The notes: generated by a model from the sequence alone, not told the origin. Positions 39,701 through 51,802 are shown, counted from the first letter of the whole stretch. The stretch is DNA of 63,365 bases, filler included, from Folioceros fuciformis (GCA_049999805.1; 7 parts of 7 records of this genome joined end to end with filler, not necessarily neighbours in it); one strand, 5' to 3'. Numbers and translations: made by a program.

Positions 39701-41845
39701 GAAATCATCCAAGAGGACGAACAGGTGTAGTTTGCCTGTGAGGGATTCTGTTTGCATAGGGCCACACAAGTCAGCATGTACGAGTTCAAGAATACTAGTG
39801 GTAGTGCTCACTGATCTAGGGTAAGGTTGAGTATGCTGCTTGCCTAGCAAGCAACCTTCACATAAGGGTAGATCACTGGAAAATTTTTCAAGGAGACCTT
39901 CGACCATATGTGTAGCTTGCATACGTTTTATTCCTTGGAAGTGTAAGTGGGCGAGTCGTAGGTGCCAGAGTCTAGCAGATAGATTGTGGTTCAGATTGGC
40001 AGTGAGGCTTACACTCGTTGGTTGGGCAGGTGTAGAAATCCCGATGCCCAATGGAAACAATCCCCCTGTACGAGGACACTGTATACATCTTGTGTGGCCA
40101 TCTGAGGTAGTTGTATGGATCAGACATCCATACTAGTTAAAGGTAACTTGGGAGTTGGGGTTACTGACGATTTGATTCACAGAAAGTAGGTTTTTGGATA
40201 ATCCAGGAACATGTAGGACGTTTCTAACATGAGCAGTGAGGTCTTGTATTTGTATTTGGATGGTACCCTGACCCACAGCCATATGAGTAGAATCATCACC
40301 CATGAGAACAGGTAGGGGTACTTCCAGAGTAGAATATTCAGAAAACCAATCCTTTCTTGGTGTCATATGTTCAGTGGCCCCAGAGTCAAGGAGCCAAGTA
40401 TCTGGGAGTATGGAGCTGGTAGCCAAGGCAGAGGTGGCAGTAAAGAGGTAAGTATTTTTGGAACTTGTGGCTAAGGCAGATGTGCTAGGGGTACTCCCTT
40501 GGGAATTAAATATTCCAGCAGCTCTGTCACGCTGCCTTTTTCTGCATTCTGGGGCTATATGCCCTTTCTTAGAGCAGTAATGACAAATTTTATCCTTATG
40601 ATTAGGATTTGAAGATGGTGGGCGATACAGTGCAGAATTCCTAGGTCCAGCTTTGAATCTAGGAGCTCTTCGTCCACCAGCAAATAGAACTGAAGGAGGA
40701 GAATGTGAATTGTCTCCTACAATCAAGACTTCCTCATTGCGAATTTTTAGTAAGAGGCTTGGTAAAGTCAAAGGTGCTGCTGCAGTAGCCTGACTGGCTT
40801 GTGTAGAAACGAAAGATCTCCATGATTTAGGGAGGGCCATGAGTAGTTGGGTAACCTGTTGTTCTTCTTTCAAGTTGAGTCCCGTGGAAATGGCTTCATC
40901 TAATGTCCTTTCCCAGGTTTCCAGGAATTCAGAGACTGAAGCGCCCTCCTTGAGCTTGATGGAGGCTAGTTTTTGAGCAGCAAGCAGTTGAGAAGGTAAA
41001 CTTACCTCCTGAAGAGATGATGTTAGTTTATCCCATAATAGTTTTGCAGTCGATTGTCGTTTGACAGTCGGCAAAATCCTATCTCCGATGTGAAGGATGA
41101 GCTTTGCGTGGGCAGAGGCATCCTTCATAATCCATGCAGCTTCGTCTGCATGCCCTATGGGTGGTCTAGGTTCTGTGCCATCTACTACAGACCATAACGC
41201 TAGTCTTTTAAGGAGGGATTCTACCCATATTGACCATGTGGCATAATTTAGATGTGTAAGTTTCTCTATAAGATAATTTCTTGCTTGTGTAGCAGAGAGG
41301 CTTGAGGATCCCATCCTAAAAGGGGAGGAGACCTTACAGGTCTAACACGTGAATAATGCCTGAGTAATCATGATGTATGATGTGCTTTCTTGATTGTAGT
41401 ATGAAGTCAAAATCATCATCTCTGATTGCAGTTTGCTGTAATTTGTACAGGTTGGGTTCTACATCTTTGCAACGCTGATAAGAGAAGTGTGGGACTTGAA
41501 ATGTATATACAAATCGCTTCAGCGAATTTGTATCCTGCATCTTAAGTTTGTGATTTTGTCCTGAGAGGTTATGAAACCTATGTATTCTACAGGATTGGTA
41601 TAATGGATTGTGGGTCTCCATTAGAGAGAATCATCTGCTCTGATACCAAGTGATGAATTGAGGAAAAGATGTTGTGGTCATTGATTTTATTGCGGAAAAG
41701 AGAGAGTATCTGTTGTATGATGAATGGGCTACATCTAGCATCTTGAGGAGTTCAGTCTATCGAAGAGACACGACCGTTCAGCTAATAAGTCACGACTGTT
41801 CAGGTCTCGATCGGTTGCAGCTTACACACTGCACTACTGCGCACA
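36769..41845 (-). mobile_element. Full-length Ty1-copia retrotransposon C
   Basis: 195-bp LTRs at 41651-41845 and 36769-36963 (TG...CA, 3 mismatches). PBS TGGTATCAGAGC at 41637-41648, PPT at 36964-36972, flanked by ACAA on both sides. Confidence 0.97.
37001..41314 (-). pseudogene. Copia C gag-pol polyprotein (single frame, two premature TAG stops)
   Basis: ORFs 41314, 40060 and 39523 share a frame: UBN2 gag, CHYCSKKGHIAPEC, WLLDSGAT, LWHLRLAH, HADLCGP, LRTDNAGE, YVDD, DADWAGD, RNase H. Stops at 40133 and 39614. Confidence 0.95.
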
Positions 41846-44800
41846 ACAACAGCCTTCTCAAGAGGTGTTGGGCACCTATCCTAACTGGGAACGATCCGTC
41901 CGTCTTGCTTCCGACACTAAAGAGGAATGGAACGGGGAGGTTGAGGCGGAGATCCAACTTGCTGGAGGAGCCGGAGCCCTGGACCAGACATAGCGAATCC
42001 GGTCATGGCTCAGGGCTCAGTTGGGTGAAGGACCACGTGACCCATCACTGAGGAACAATGTGGCTTCTCGGTTGGAAGCTGGTCCACAATCTGGGCAGGA
42101 TGTTGATATGGACCCCCCAGGGGTATGCTCATAGTACGAAGCCTCCCACGTCCCTAGAGGCGGGGTGGGAGAGAAGTGGAGGCTGCCTGGGCTCAGGGGA
42201 AATGTTCTGCGAGGGCGCCCTAGGTGCCTTTGGCTTGGCATCTATAGCTAGGGGTGAAGAGGACCTACGTGTGGGGTCTGCTGCAGGGGGTGGTTGGTAT
42301 GGACGGGAGATTCAGGGCGATCAGCTAGTATCCAGAGCCAGCGAGGTCCATGTCGAGTCCTTTCAGGGAGGGGCGGCGTCTTTGCCTGATAGCGTCCCTG
42401 CTAACCACAGGGCGTCCGATGGGAAGAAACCTGAGGAGATGGAGGCACTGGACACAATTGGGCAGGTCATGGAGGTCCTGACAAAGCAATTCATGGCAGT
42501 GTTCATGGCTCAGATGGATGAAGAATCATGCGACTCTTCTATGCTGAACATCACGGGTGCGGGTTGGGAAGTTGGTGCACAATCAAAGCTCGAAGTTGCT
42601 AAGGATCCCTCAGGGGTTTTCTTGCAGGGTGCTTCCTCCCTGCTCCTGGAGGCGGGGCTAGAGCAGGGTGGAGTCTGTCATGACACCTGTGGCAGGTTTT
42701 GCGAGAGTGGCCAAGGTGCCGCTGGTTTGGATGCTTCAGCTGGGGGAGAAGAGATCTCGCCTATAGAGCCTGGGGCAAGGAATCATCGATCTGGCCCGGG
42801 GCTCCAGGATGAGCAGCTAGTCCCCAGCGCCAACGGGGTCCAAGTCGGGGCTTTTCAAGGTGACATGATGGATTCGATAGGAAACTCCACCATCAAGCAC
42901 CTGGCGAATGAGGAGATGGATGTTGATGCGACGGGATATTGTTTGCCCACAGGAACATAAACTTTCTGTGGAGCATATCCAGAGAGTGAAGAAGGTTTTC
43001 CTTCCAGGAAGTACAGAGTGGGTGGCAGCCAGAGTAGAAGATGTAAACAATGGGGAACATTCTACTCAGCGAGTTTCAGCAACCCGGGGAGGCGTGTCTG
43101 TTATTGTTCACCCAGAACACACTCACAATATCTTGGAGATGGGTCACGATGAAGGTGGAAGGTTTGTGTGGCTGGTGATGCAAACACCCCAAGGCCCACT
43201 TGGCATATGTAACATCTATGCTCCCAATGCTGCCACCGATAGGAGCAATCTCTGGTGTAGGTTGGGGGAACATCTGGATGAGCAGATCTTGTGGATGCTG
43301 GTTGGGGATTTCAACTTTGTTGAAAGACGGGAAGATATCCGGGGGGAAAGCCCTGTAGATATTCGGTCGGTGCCTATGTTTTGGCAGGAACTAAGAGATA
43401 CCCTTTTGGCTGTTCAGGACCCATGGTTAGCCCTTCTCAGCACATCGTCAACCGCAATCCTTGAAGTTCAGCTGGACTAACCAACAACAGCAGAATTTGG
43501 GAGAGCGCAGTCTGGACAGGTTCTATGTTCCTTCCGGGTGGTTGGCCTATGTGCAGGCGTACAGTATTCTCGCTGGTACGATCCTATTGGACCATCATCT
43601 AATTAGCTTGCACTTGAGGCTTGCGCCGAACTCGGGGCGGCAAAGGAGGCATATGCAAAACTTTCGGATGAACACGTTCTTGCTCGAGGAAAAGGGGTTG
43701 TTCGAGGAGGTCAAAAACATCTGGTAGGGAATAGAACAGGGGGAAGAGCCTGATGTTTCCCAATTGATATGCGCTAATAATGAAGCAACTAGATACTTGA
43801 GGAGGCGGGGGGTCCAACGGGTGAAGGAGTTGCATCAACGAGAATGCTTTTGGAGAGAGGAACTAAGCTGGTTGCAAAGGAAAGGGGAGGAGCGAGACTT
43901 CACAATCGAGGAAGAAGCCTGGAAAACGGAGGTACAATGCGCATTGGCCAAGTTGGAAGAAGATAGAGCTAGAGGTTGGTTTAAATAAGCTAAGGTCAAG
44001 TGGGTGAGGGAAGGGGACAGCCCGTCTAAGTTCTTCTTCGATAAAGTGGCTGCTAACCAGTATAGCTCGAGACTTCCTACTCTTCTAGACGCCCAAGGAG
44101 TGATGCAAGAGTCGTTGGAAGGTTTAAAAAAGCACGTTACCCTCTTCTTTGTGGGTATTTTCTCGAGTGTGGGGAAGGTGGAGGGTGGGGAATAGCTGTG
44201 GTCAGCTTCCTACAGATCACTCTCGGCTAAGGTGTCCGAGGCCCAACGCAGGGCGCTGGATAAGCCGATTATAGCTGAGGAAGTACTCCAGGCTCTGAAG
44301 GGGATGCCAAGGAATAAATCCCAAGGGCACGATGGTATCCCGCTCGAGTTCCTGCTTTGGGGTTGGGAGTTTATGGAACCTTTATTCATGGAGGCTATGG
44401 CCATAATCTGGGAAGAGGGCAGCATGGGGAGTTGGTTTTTAACATGGGGGTCATCACCCTGCTCCCTAAGTAGGACACTCTATCAATCTCCAATTGGCCC
44501 CCAATCACCCTGCTTATAACTACATACAAGGTGATAGCCAAGGTACTGGCCAACCGCATCAAGCCTTTTATGGACGATTGGATTGAGAAAGAGCAGAGAG
44601 GGCTCATCCAAAACCGATGCATTCTGGACAACCTTCTACTCTTGCGGGAAGCTAAGTATAATGTCCAGGTTTAGAAGAAAGCTATAGCTTTTATCTCCTT
44701 GGACTTTTGCAAGGCGTATGATTCCATTGAGTGGCACTTTTTGTGGAGATGCTTGCGTAGCCTTGGGTTCGGGAATAACTTCTGTAGGTGGATTGCCATT

Positions 44801-47429
44801 TTGTGTGAAGATGCAGGAGCCAAGGTGGCCATCAATGGATCTCATACGGAGCGTTTTGGCATTCATCGGCTGGTACGTCAGGGGTGCCCCCTAGCTCCTT
44901 TTTTATTTATTATCGTGACTGACTTCTTCCTTCGGGCAGTTAAGCAAGACCACGCAGTCGAGGGTGTTCGCAATCCGGATGGATCGCAATTAAGGGTTTC
45001 AACGTTTGCAGATGATACCCTTCTTTTTTGCTCGGCAGAGGAGACCTCTTTGAATGCTTTGCTCTGGCAGGTCGAGGTTTTTGGGGAGCTGTCGGGTTGC
45101 AAGGTTAATTGGGGGAAGACCCGCATGATGTGTCTACACACGGAAGGGGTGCTACCTCAATGCATCCACCATATTCTGAGGGTGTTGCAAGGGTCCACTC
45201 ACAAGTATCTAGGTCTTCCCTTCCATGAAGGGAATGAGAACGGTGAGATAGGGAAGTATGTGTTCCTCATATTCATTCGTAAAGCGGCGAGCTTGCAGAT
45301 GTTGGAACTTAACCTAGCAGGAAGGTTGGTGGTGATTAACCATATCCTAACAGCCTCTCTTTGGTATTATTTGTGCTTATGGGCCCCCTCCAAGGCAGAG
45401 GTGAAATGGTTGCAACAGGTGTTGACCTCATTCTTGTGGAAACGTGCGGGGGACAACTCAGCGGGGTGCTCTAAGGTGGCTTGGCATCACATTATTTAGG
45501 CACGATGGTTGGGAGGCCTAGGGGTGGTTGATCAGGTTGCCAAGATGAAAGTCTTGCTTGCTCAGTGGGTTATCAGGGCAGCGAACCCTACCTACTACCC
45601 TTGGAAAAGTCTGCTAACACAGCATCTAGAGTGCACGCAAGCTGTTCCTCGGAGAAGGAGATCTATTGCCAACATTCTTGCAGACAAGCCTTTACTTGAT
45701 ACTGCACAGTGCTCCCCACTCTTCAAGTCAATCTGGAGCAGCTACTTAGAAGTCAAGCGGTACATTACCCCAGGTAACCCCATGCATGTGGATGACGTTA
45801 TGGGAGTGCCTTTGCAAGGATTCTCGAGACTGTGGGCTCAAGAATTTAGGGCCAGGGTGTATCGGTCACAAATCTTCGGTTTGGCGTGTCAGAAAAGAGT
45901 TATCCAACTTGGTCACTCATGGAACAGATTAGAGGCCCGTTGAAAAGAGGTGGCGGAGGGCAAGGAAGAATTTGGTTTAGTGGCTAGACATGTTAGGCTC
46001 ATTTTTTCATGGTTGCAAGAGGGACTAGAGGATAAGGTTCAACAGGTTTTAAGGCAACAACCTACCCTAGACGTTGAGGGGTGGTATACGTACTCCATGG
46101 GTAGTAAGGATGCAGATTCTGAGGAGAATGAATAAGAGGATGACCTAGAATTGGATAGGGCTATTTGGCTTTCAGGTACGGCTGACAAAGAAAACCTTCG
46201 GACATTCAAGGTTATTTCGCCTGAAGGACTTTTGGAAAGTCAAGGCAGGAACGATGGTGATGTCCAAAGAGGGGAACTAATGGCCATCACGGTCCTCTCT
46301 AAGTCTGGTCGTGCAGGGCGATGGCTCACTCAACTCGAAGGCCCTAGTGGACAACCACCCTCGGACAAACCAGTTGTCCGATGTTGGTTCCAGCTTGCGG
46401 AGAACTGGGATTTGGCATTCAGACCAGATCTCTACAAATGGCCCAGGTGTCCAGGGTGCAAGGCGGATAGTCTTCGATCGTTCTTCAACTTCCCAACGGC
46501 CGACATATTCCTCTGGCTGGTGCGAGCGCAGAAAATCAGACAAAGGCAACCAATGGCTCCCTGGCTACAACTCTCTGTGCAGCGACAAAAGGAAACTATC
46601 AAGCTACTTTGGAAGTCAGACGGAATTCCCCCCAAGGTTAGGACAACGGTTTTGTGGTTTTTTTAAGCTTGTTTGCCTAATGCGGATAGATGGGATGGGT
46701 TGTAGGTTGCTACGGGAGAAGACCAGTGTCGACTATGCTCCTTGGGTGCTCCAAAAAAAAGTCAGCACATGTTCTTCCACTGCAGCTTTGCCCAGGAGAT
46801 ATGGAGTGAGGTAGGTGGGCAGGTGGTTGCACATAATTCTTTCCGGCACCAACCTCAGGATCACGAAACAAACTACCCTCTTTTGGTTGGATGCAACCTC
46901 GGACAAAGCTCTACTTCCGTCACAATGGTGGGGTTTACTGTGGTCTTCTTGTCTTTTCCACCTTTGGGTCAACTGGTCTTCCGTGGTCTATGGAGGTTCG
47001 GTGTTAGCCTCATCTAAGCCTTTGCTATGGCGCATCTGGGAGCACTTATTGATTGCAGCCGAAGGTCTGAGGCAATCCCATCGGAAACGATTCAAGTGGA
47101 GGGAGTGAAAGTCGGCGGGTTTCCTAGTTCCTGGTAATGAAGAACATTGGAATCATGTTTGCCCTTGGGGTAGGTGAGTTCCCATGGTCTTCGAGTAAAG
47201 TTGAGGTTTAAAGCTAAATGGATTTGGTAGGCGAATGGTCTTAGCAGTCTGCTAGGGTCAAGGTGATAAGGAGTTTTTTTTGCGTCTTGTCCTGTGGTTT
47301 GGGCATGAGGTCGGTTTTTACTCCTGGTCATGGTACTCATGCTTTGTAAATACGTGAGCAGGGTCCTCTTAGTACTGCAAGAGGATGATCATCTTAATGA
47401 GAATTATTTTCTTTGCGAATTTTTTTTTG

Positions 47430-47960
47430 GCGTCGTTTCATATATTAGCATAATGTAGGTATGTCCTTGCCATGAATTTGTGGTTGTGAACCATACACCC
47501 CACAACGTGTACAATTTTGTTGTCCTCCTTCAATTCCTTTGGCCATCTAAGAATGTGCGGCAATGCAGTCTTCTTTTGGTCCATGCCATCAATGCGCAAC
47601 TACATATACTTGTGTGGCTTTGTATACCCTTTTGACCTATGCTTGTTCAATTTTTTCCTCTCATCCATGAGTTTCACTCAATGCTTGTTTAAAGCAGATT
47701 GGTACACTTCTGCACACCCAAGACAATCATCTTAGGCATACCAAGCACATATTCCACAACACTAGTCCTCTTTCATGACCACCTTTCAATAGTGAGTTCC
47801 TAAACAATTTCCCCACGAATCCGTTCATGAATCAAACACGGCCCCGTGGAGTAGCCCATGGTTGACATTGTTAGGAAGGAAACATAGAACAAGCAGCTGT
47901 CAAAGACCTTGAAATGCTGGCACCATCAATGCACAACATTGTAGGGCATCGGCTTATCGG
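47430..47960 (-). mobile_element. DUF7869/Sola-like transposase remnant, copy 2
   Basis: Reverse-complement nucleotide homolog of about 31490-31990, including the IDGMDQKKT region. Confidence 0.7.
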
Positions 47961-48289
47961 TTGCATCGGTGTCAACTCACACGAGTGGTGTAAGTACCAT
48001 TCAACTATAAAAGACTGCACGCGACCGATAGTTCCGCGGTATGAAAACCTAGATCATTCATACCACCTTTTGTTCGGGTTTATAGTGCACATCATTTTCA
48101 AAGGTTGAGCTGGAATACGTGAAGCACTTCACTTTGGAAGACATCACGAAGTTCCAGCCAATATTTGATAACATCGTAAGCATGCTAACCCCAATGTGAT
48201 ATTATGTGTGATGGGTGCACACTTGGGCGCGCCACATCCTAAGCGTGAACGCATTGTCTGAATGTTGTGTAGACCCTTCGAGAGGCCGA

Positions 48290-48623
48290 GGAATACAAGG
48301 AGAAGGTTATTCTTGACACCGTCAAAGAGCATGTCAATGCAGCTTGGAATTGGAAGCGAGTCGAGGGCTTGCATCGAAAATTAGCGGAAGAGGACAACGA
48401 TGCAAAACTATCGACATTTCATGTCCCTAATAGCAAACAAAAGATGAAGTACCAGGTTATAAATGGTGATCTCTCAGAGAAATGGCTGCATACTTGGGCA
48501 AGCGAGAATACAAGCTGCTAATATTAGACATGCCAAAAGGGAACTACAAAAGAACCCTAGGACAAGGAGTTTACAACAAATGACCTGGAGAAAGTAATGG
48601 AGGGTTTTTCAAAGTCATCGAGT
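48290..48623 (+). pseudogene. DNA amino-methyltransferase-like pseudogene, paralog 2 (N-terminal part; cut by gap)
   Basis: Manual translation KLAEEDNDAKLSTFHVPNSKQKMKYQVINGDLSE / MAAYLGKREYKLLILDMPKG / TTKEP*DKEFTTNDLEKVMEGFSKS aligns with the 50400-50645 translation. Confidence 0.65.
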
Positions 48624-48723
48624 NNNNNNNNNNNNNNNNNNNNNNNNNNNNNNNNNNNNNNNNNNNNTTAATTAATTAANNNNNNNNNNNNNNNNNNNNN
48701 NNNNNNNNNNNNNNNNNNNNNNN

Positions 48724-49735
48724 CTTCATCACCAGCTCCGTCATGCTGGGTCGATCTCCAGGACTCTGCTCGAGGCATTGAACTGCCATATCGGCCACAA
48801 AGCGCATAGAGTTCCTGCTGTTTACATCCATTCTATATTGGTGCCTCAGCGGTGCATCGAGAACCTGATCTATTTCGTCATGCTTGGTCGCCTGCACTGC
48901 TGGCACCACATTGCTCCCCTCCAATCCTATGGGAGGCTTTGCAGTGAGCAGCTCCATCAGCACTACCCCGAAGGCGTACACATCGCTCTTAGCCGTGAGC
49001 TTGCCGGTGATGAAAGTCTCTGGATCCATGTAACCTGGGGTGCCGGCGGACGCTGTGCTCACATGAGTTGCAGCCAGGGCGGCCGTTCTTGAAATGCCAA
49101 AATCTGCCACCTTCGCATCTAGGTTGTCGTCCAACAGAATATTGGCAGACTTGACGTCGCGGTGTATAATCTGTGGATTGGCCCGAGAATGAAGGTACGC
49201 AATCGCATCCGCTGTCTGGAAGGCGATGGTGAGCCTCCTCTCCCATGTCAGTCCGCCACCTTGGCGCCTTTTGCCCCGCAGATGCTCCTCGAGTGTTCCT
49301 TGTGATACAAACTCGAACACCAGGGCCGCCAAGTTCGGGGTGAGGCAACATCCCAACAGCAGCACGAGCCCGCGGTAATTCACTTGCGCGAGAATGCGCA
49401 CCTCGTTCAGGAATTGGGGTTTGTGCGCCTCAGATCCAACCCGCTTGCTCAACTTGATGGCCACCTCGTGGCCGTCTGAGAGCGTGCCCCTGTACACCGT
49501 GCCTAACCCTCCAACTCCAATCTTGTTGCTTTCAGAAAAATTCCGAGTGGCCTGGCGCAGTACGCTTACAGACATTGTAGTCACATTTATCCCCTCCTGA
49601 ATTGCTGCCGTCAGGTCCTGGTCTGTAGTTTCCAATCTGGCCGCCTTGATCCGTGAACGGCACACAGCAAACACGGAGACTGCGATCACGACAGCAAGGG
49701 ATCCCGCCACAGCCGCCGCCACCACGGTCGTAACT
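48724..49735 (-). CDS. Receptor-like Ser/Thr kinase (WAK/LRK10L-like), TM + kinase exon; ectodomain not seen
   Basis: TM helix, IGVGGLGTVYRG, VAIK, HRDVKSANILLD, DFG, GTPGYMDPE, SDVYAFGVVL, DRPSMTE. Acceptor-like ccttcaacag lies just upstream. Confidence 0.9.
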
Positions 49736-49916
49736 GTTGAAGGAAAGGAAGACAGTTTTGTCGCTCGTCAGACCGAAGGACCCGGACTGACCGGAAAAGT
49801 GTGACACTTTTCAGGAAGCAAAACAGATGTACCTGAAGCATACTGAAGATGACCACCTTTTGAAGTTCCAAACAGCCTTTGCAAAAGTGGTATGTTTTTT
49901 TTGTTGTTTTCCTTCC

Positions 49917-50240
49917 CACTAGTGCATTGTTTATTGAACTGGAGTGCGCCGGTCTACCGGCGCACTCTAGCCTGCTCGAGCAGCAGTGCGCCGGTCGATC
50001 GGCGCACTGGAGCCGGGTCTGACCCCAGGGTGCCGGTAGACCGCCGCCCTCTTGCCTGGTGCGCTAAGTCTACCAACGCACTGCTACCAGCTCGGGCTCC
50101 AGTGCGTCGGTAGACCTGTGCACTCAGGCAGCCGGCTTGAGCTCCAGTGCGCCGGTCTACCGGCTTGAGCTCCAGTGCGCCGGTAGACCGGCGCACTCCC
50201 GTCAGCTCAGACCCCAGTGCGCCGGTCTTCCGGCGCACTC
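49917..50240 (+). repeat. Transposon terminus CACTAGTG with array of about 7 palindromic subterminal repeats
   Basis: Perfect hairpin GAGTGCGCCGGT-CT-ACCGGCGCACTC at 49942-49967, with variants near 49985, 50030, 50101, 50146, 50174 and 50216. Confidence 0.75.
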
Positions 50241-50303
50241 CTGTCTACTCAGGTTAAAGTGGCCATATCGGTAGCCACAGTAATGAGTACTATTCTGGTT
50301 GCA

Positions 50304-51509
50304 GAAACTTGGAGATATAACAGACTTGGAGTCATTGCTGAAGGCATTTTAGGATTTTGTATATTCGGCAAAAAACTGAAAAAAGAATGAAAGAAGAGAA
50401 GCAAAAGCTGGCGGCTGCTGATATGGATGCAAGGTTATCGGACTTCTGAGTTCCAGCGAGTAACAAAAAGGTGAAATATTAAGTTATTCAAAGGAATATT
50501 CTGGAAATGAAGGCCTTTCTTGTCAAACGCCCCTATACGCTGCTATTTGCAGACTTGCCTCGAGGATTACAGCGGCATGAGTATGACAAGCAGATGAATG
50601 TAGCAGAGTTGGATGAAATGATTCGAGGGTTCAACAAATGCACATTGAGTAATATTTTTAGAGTTATTCTAATGCATGGAGTTGATTTCATATTGGAAGC
50701 AAGGGAGGCACTACGACCATGGTGCAAGAAGGGGAGAATATAGACATTGGTATGGGAGAAGACTAACATACCCCCAAACGTAGGAGCAGTGGAAACAGTT
50801 GAATATGTGACTATTGGAAGTGCAATGCAAATAGAGGCTCAGGAATCGAAGGCTCCACATTTTGCGAATTAAGGATTTCTCTTACCACGAGTGATAAGGC
50901 ATGATGTGGTGGTGAAGAAGCACCTTTTCCATTCTGAAGATGCGCATTCATCTCTCCTTACCTGAAACCATTAGGTTTGATGAGTATGCTCATAAATATG
51001 TTTTCTTGTGAAGGGGACTAGGTGGTTGATGCATGCGCAGGCTCGGATCTCTTCTCCAAAGTGCAATTCAACATGGAAGGCATGCGGTGGCAATCGATGT
51101 GGACGTGAGGTGCACTCCATATATTATGTAGCGGATTATCGGGCTAGGGTCTTTGCCTGACGTTGATGAGGAGATTACGACAAAGTCGTTTACACAAGGC
51201 CCATCAAAGTTTTGGGCGAAGCAAGTGTGCGGGGATGGCAGCGTTGATTGCAAAATGCTGGTGTTCAGTATATTGGGCAAGAAAGGAGAGGTGATATCCC
51301 AGATTGATGATAGGCCAGCAGAGGACCTTTACACCATCACCATTTGGGATGAGAATAGTACTTTGCTGCCCCAAACTACAGAGGACCCCAACTTTAAGGT
51401 ACTACGTGTTGGTGGTGATGACTTTGGCGATACGGATGCACAACGACTGAGAGATTTAGATGTAGTTGTGTATTCCGAGGCCAACCAGGATGACCTAGTT
51501 TTTGTATGA
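50304..51509 (+). pseudogene. Beta-class DNA N4-cytosine/N6-adenine methyltransferase-like pseudogene, paralog 1
   Basis: Manual translation across stops and frameshifts: VIQRNILEM...YTLLFADLPRG...LVWEKTNIPP...VEYVTIG...PYLKPLGLMSMLINMFSCEGD*VVDACAGS/GSLLQSAIQHGRHAVAIDVD. Motif order matches the N6_N4_Mtase family. Confidence 0.8.
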
Positions 51510-51802
51510 GACTCTTGTACTTAACTTGAACATGAAGTATTTTGAATAGCTTATGCACCGAGTGATCGGCACACCATATGTTTCAGTTGCCAAATATCAA
51601 GTTTCGCATAGAAGACTCACAATGTTTACTGCATCTATTTTGGTTTTATTGATATTTGTTGAATAAATAATATATGCACACATGTCGGTGGCCTTTTTTA
51701 TTTGTGACAAGAGATCTAAGCGTATATAGAGCGCAGATCAAGACAAATTTTAAAACCCAAAATGGGCTTTGTAGAATCCGCCGATCTGGGTTAGACCTTG
51801 TT

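Larger units (their letters stand above)
36330..47430 (+). mobile_element. L1-type LINE B (same family as LINE A), degenerate, interrupted by copia C
   Basis: ORF2 pieces 42930-47108 align with LINE A (DIVCPQEHKL, NIYAPN, GDFN, RQGCPLAP, FADDT) and add the C-terminal zinc finger CRLC...QHMFFHC. ORF1 fragments flank copia C. Confidence 0.92.

Noticed and set aside
41674-42051. Duplicated small ORF MVIDFI.EKREYLLY (also 36792-36974)
   Set aside because: Simply the two LTR copies of copia C read on the opposite strand.
49942-50240. Palindromic repeats resembling a CRISPR array or REP elements
   Set aside because: Spacers are short, irregular and related to each other, there are no cas genes, and the context is a eukaryotic transposon end.
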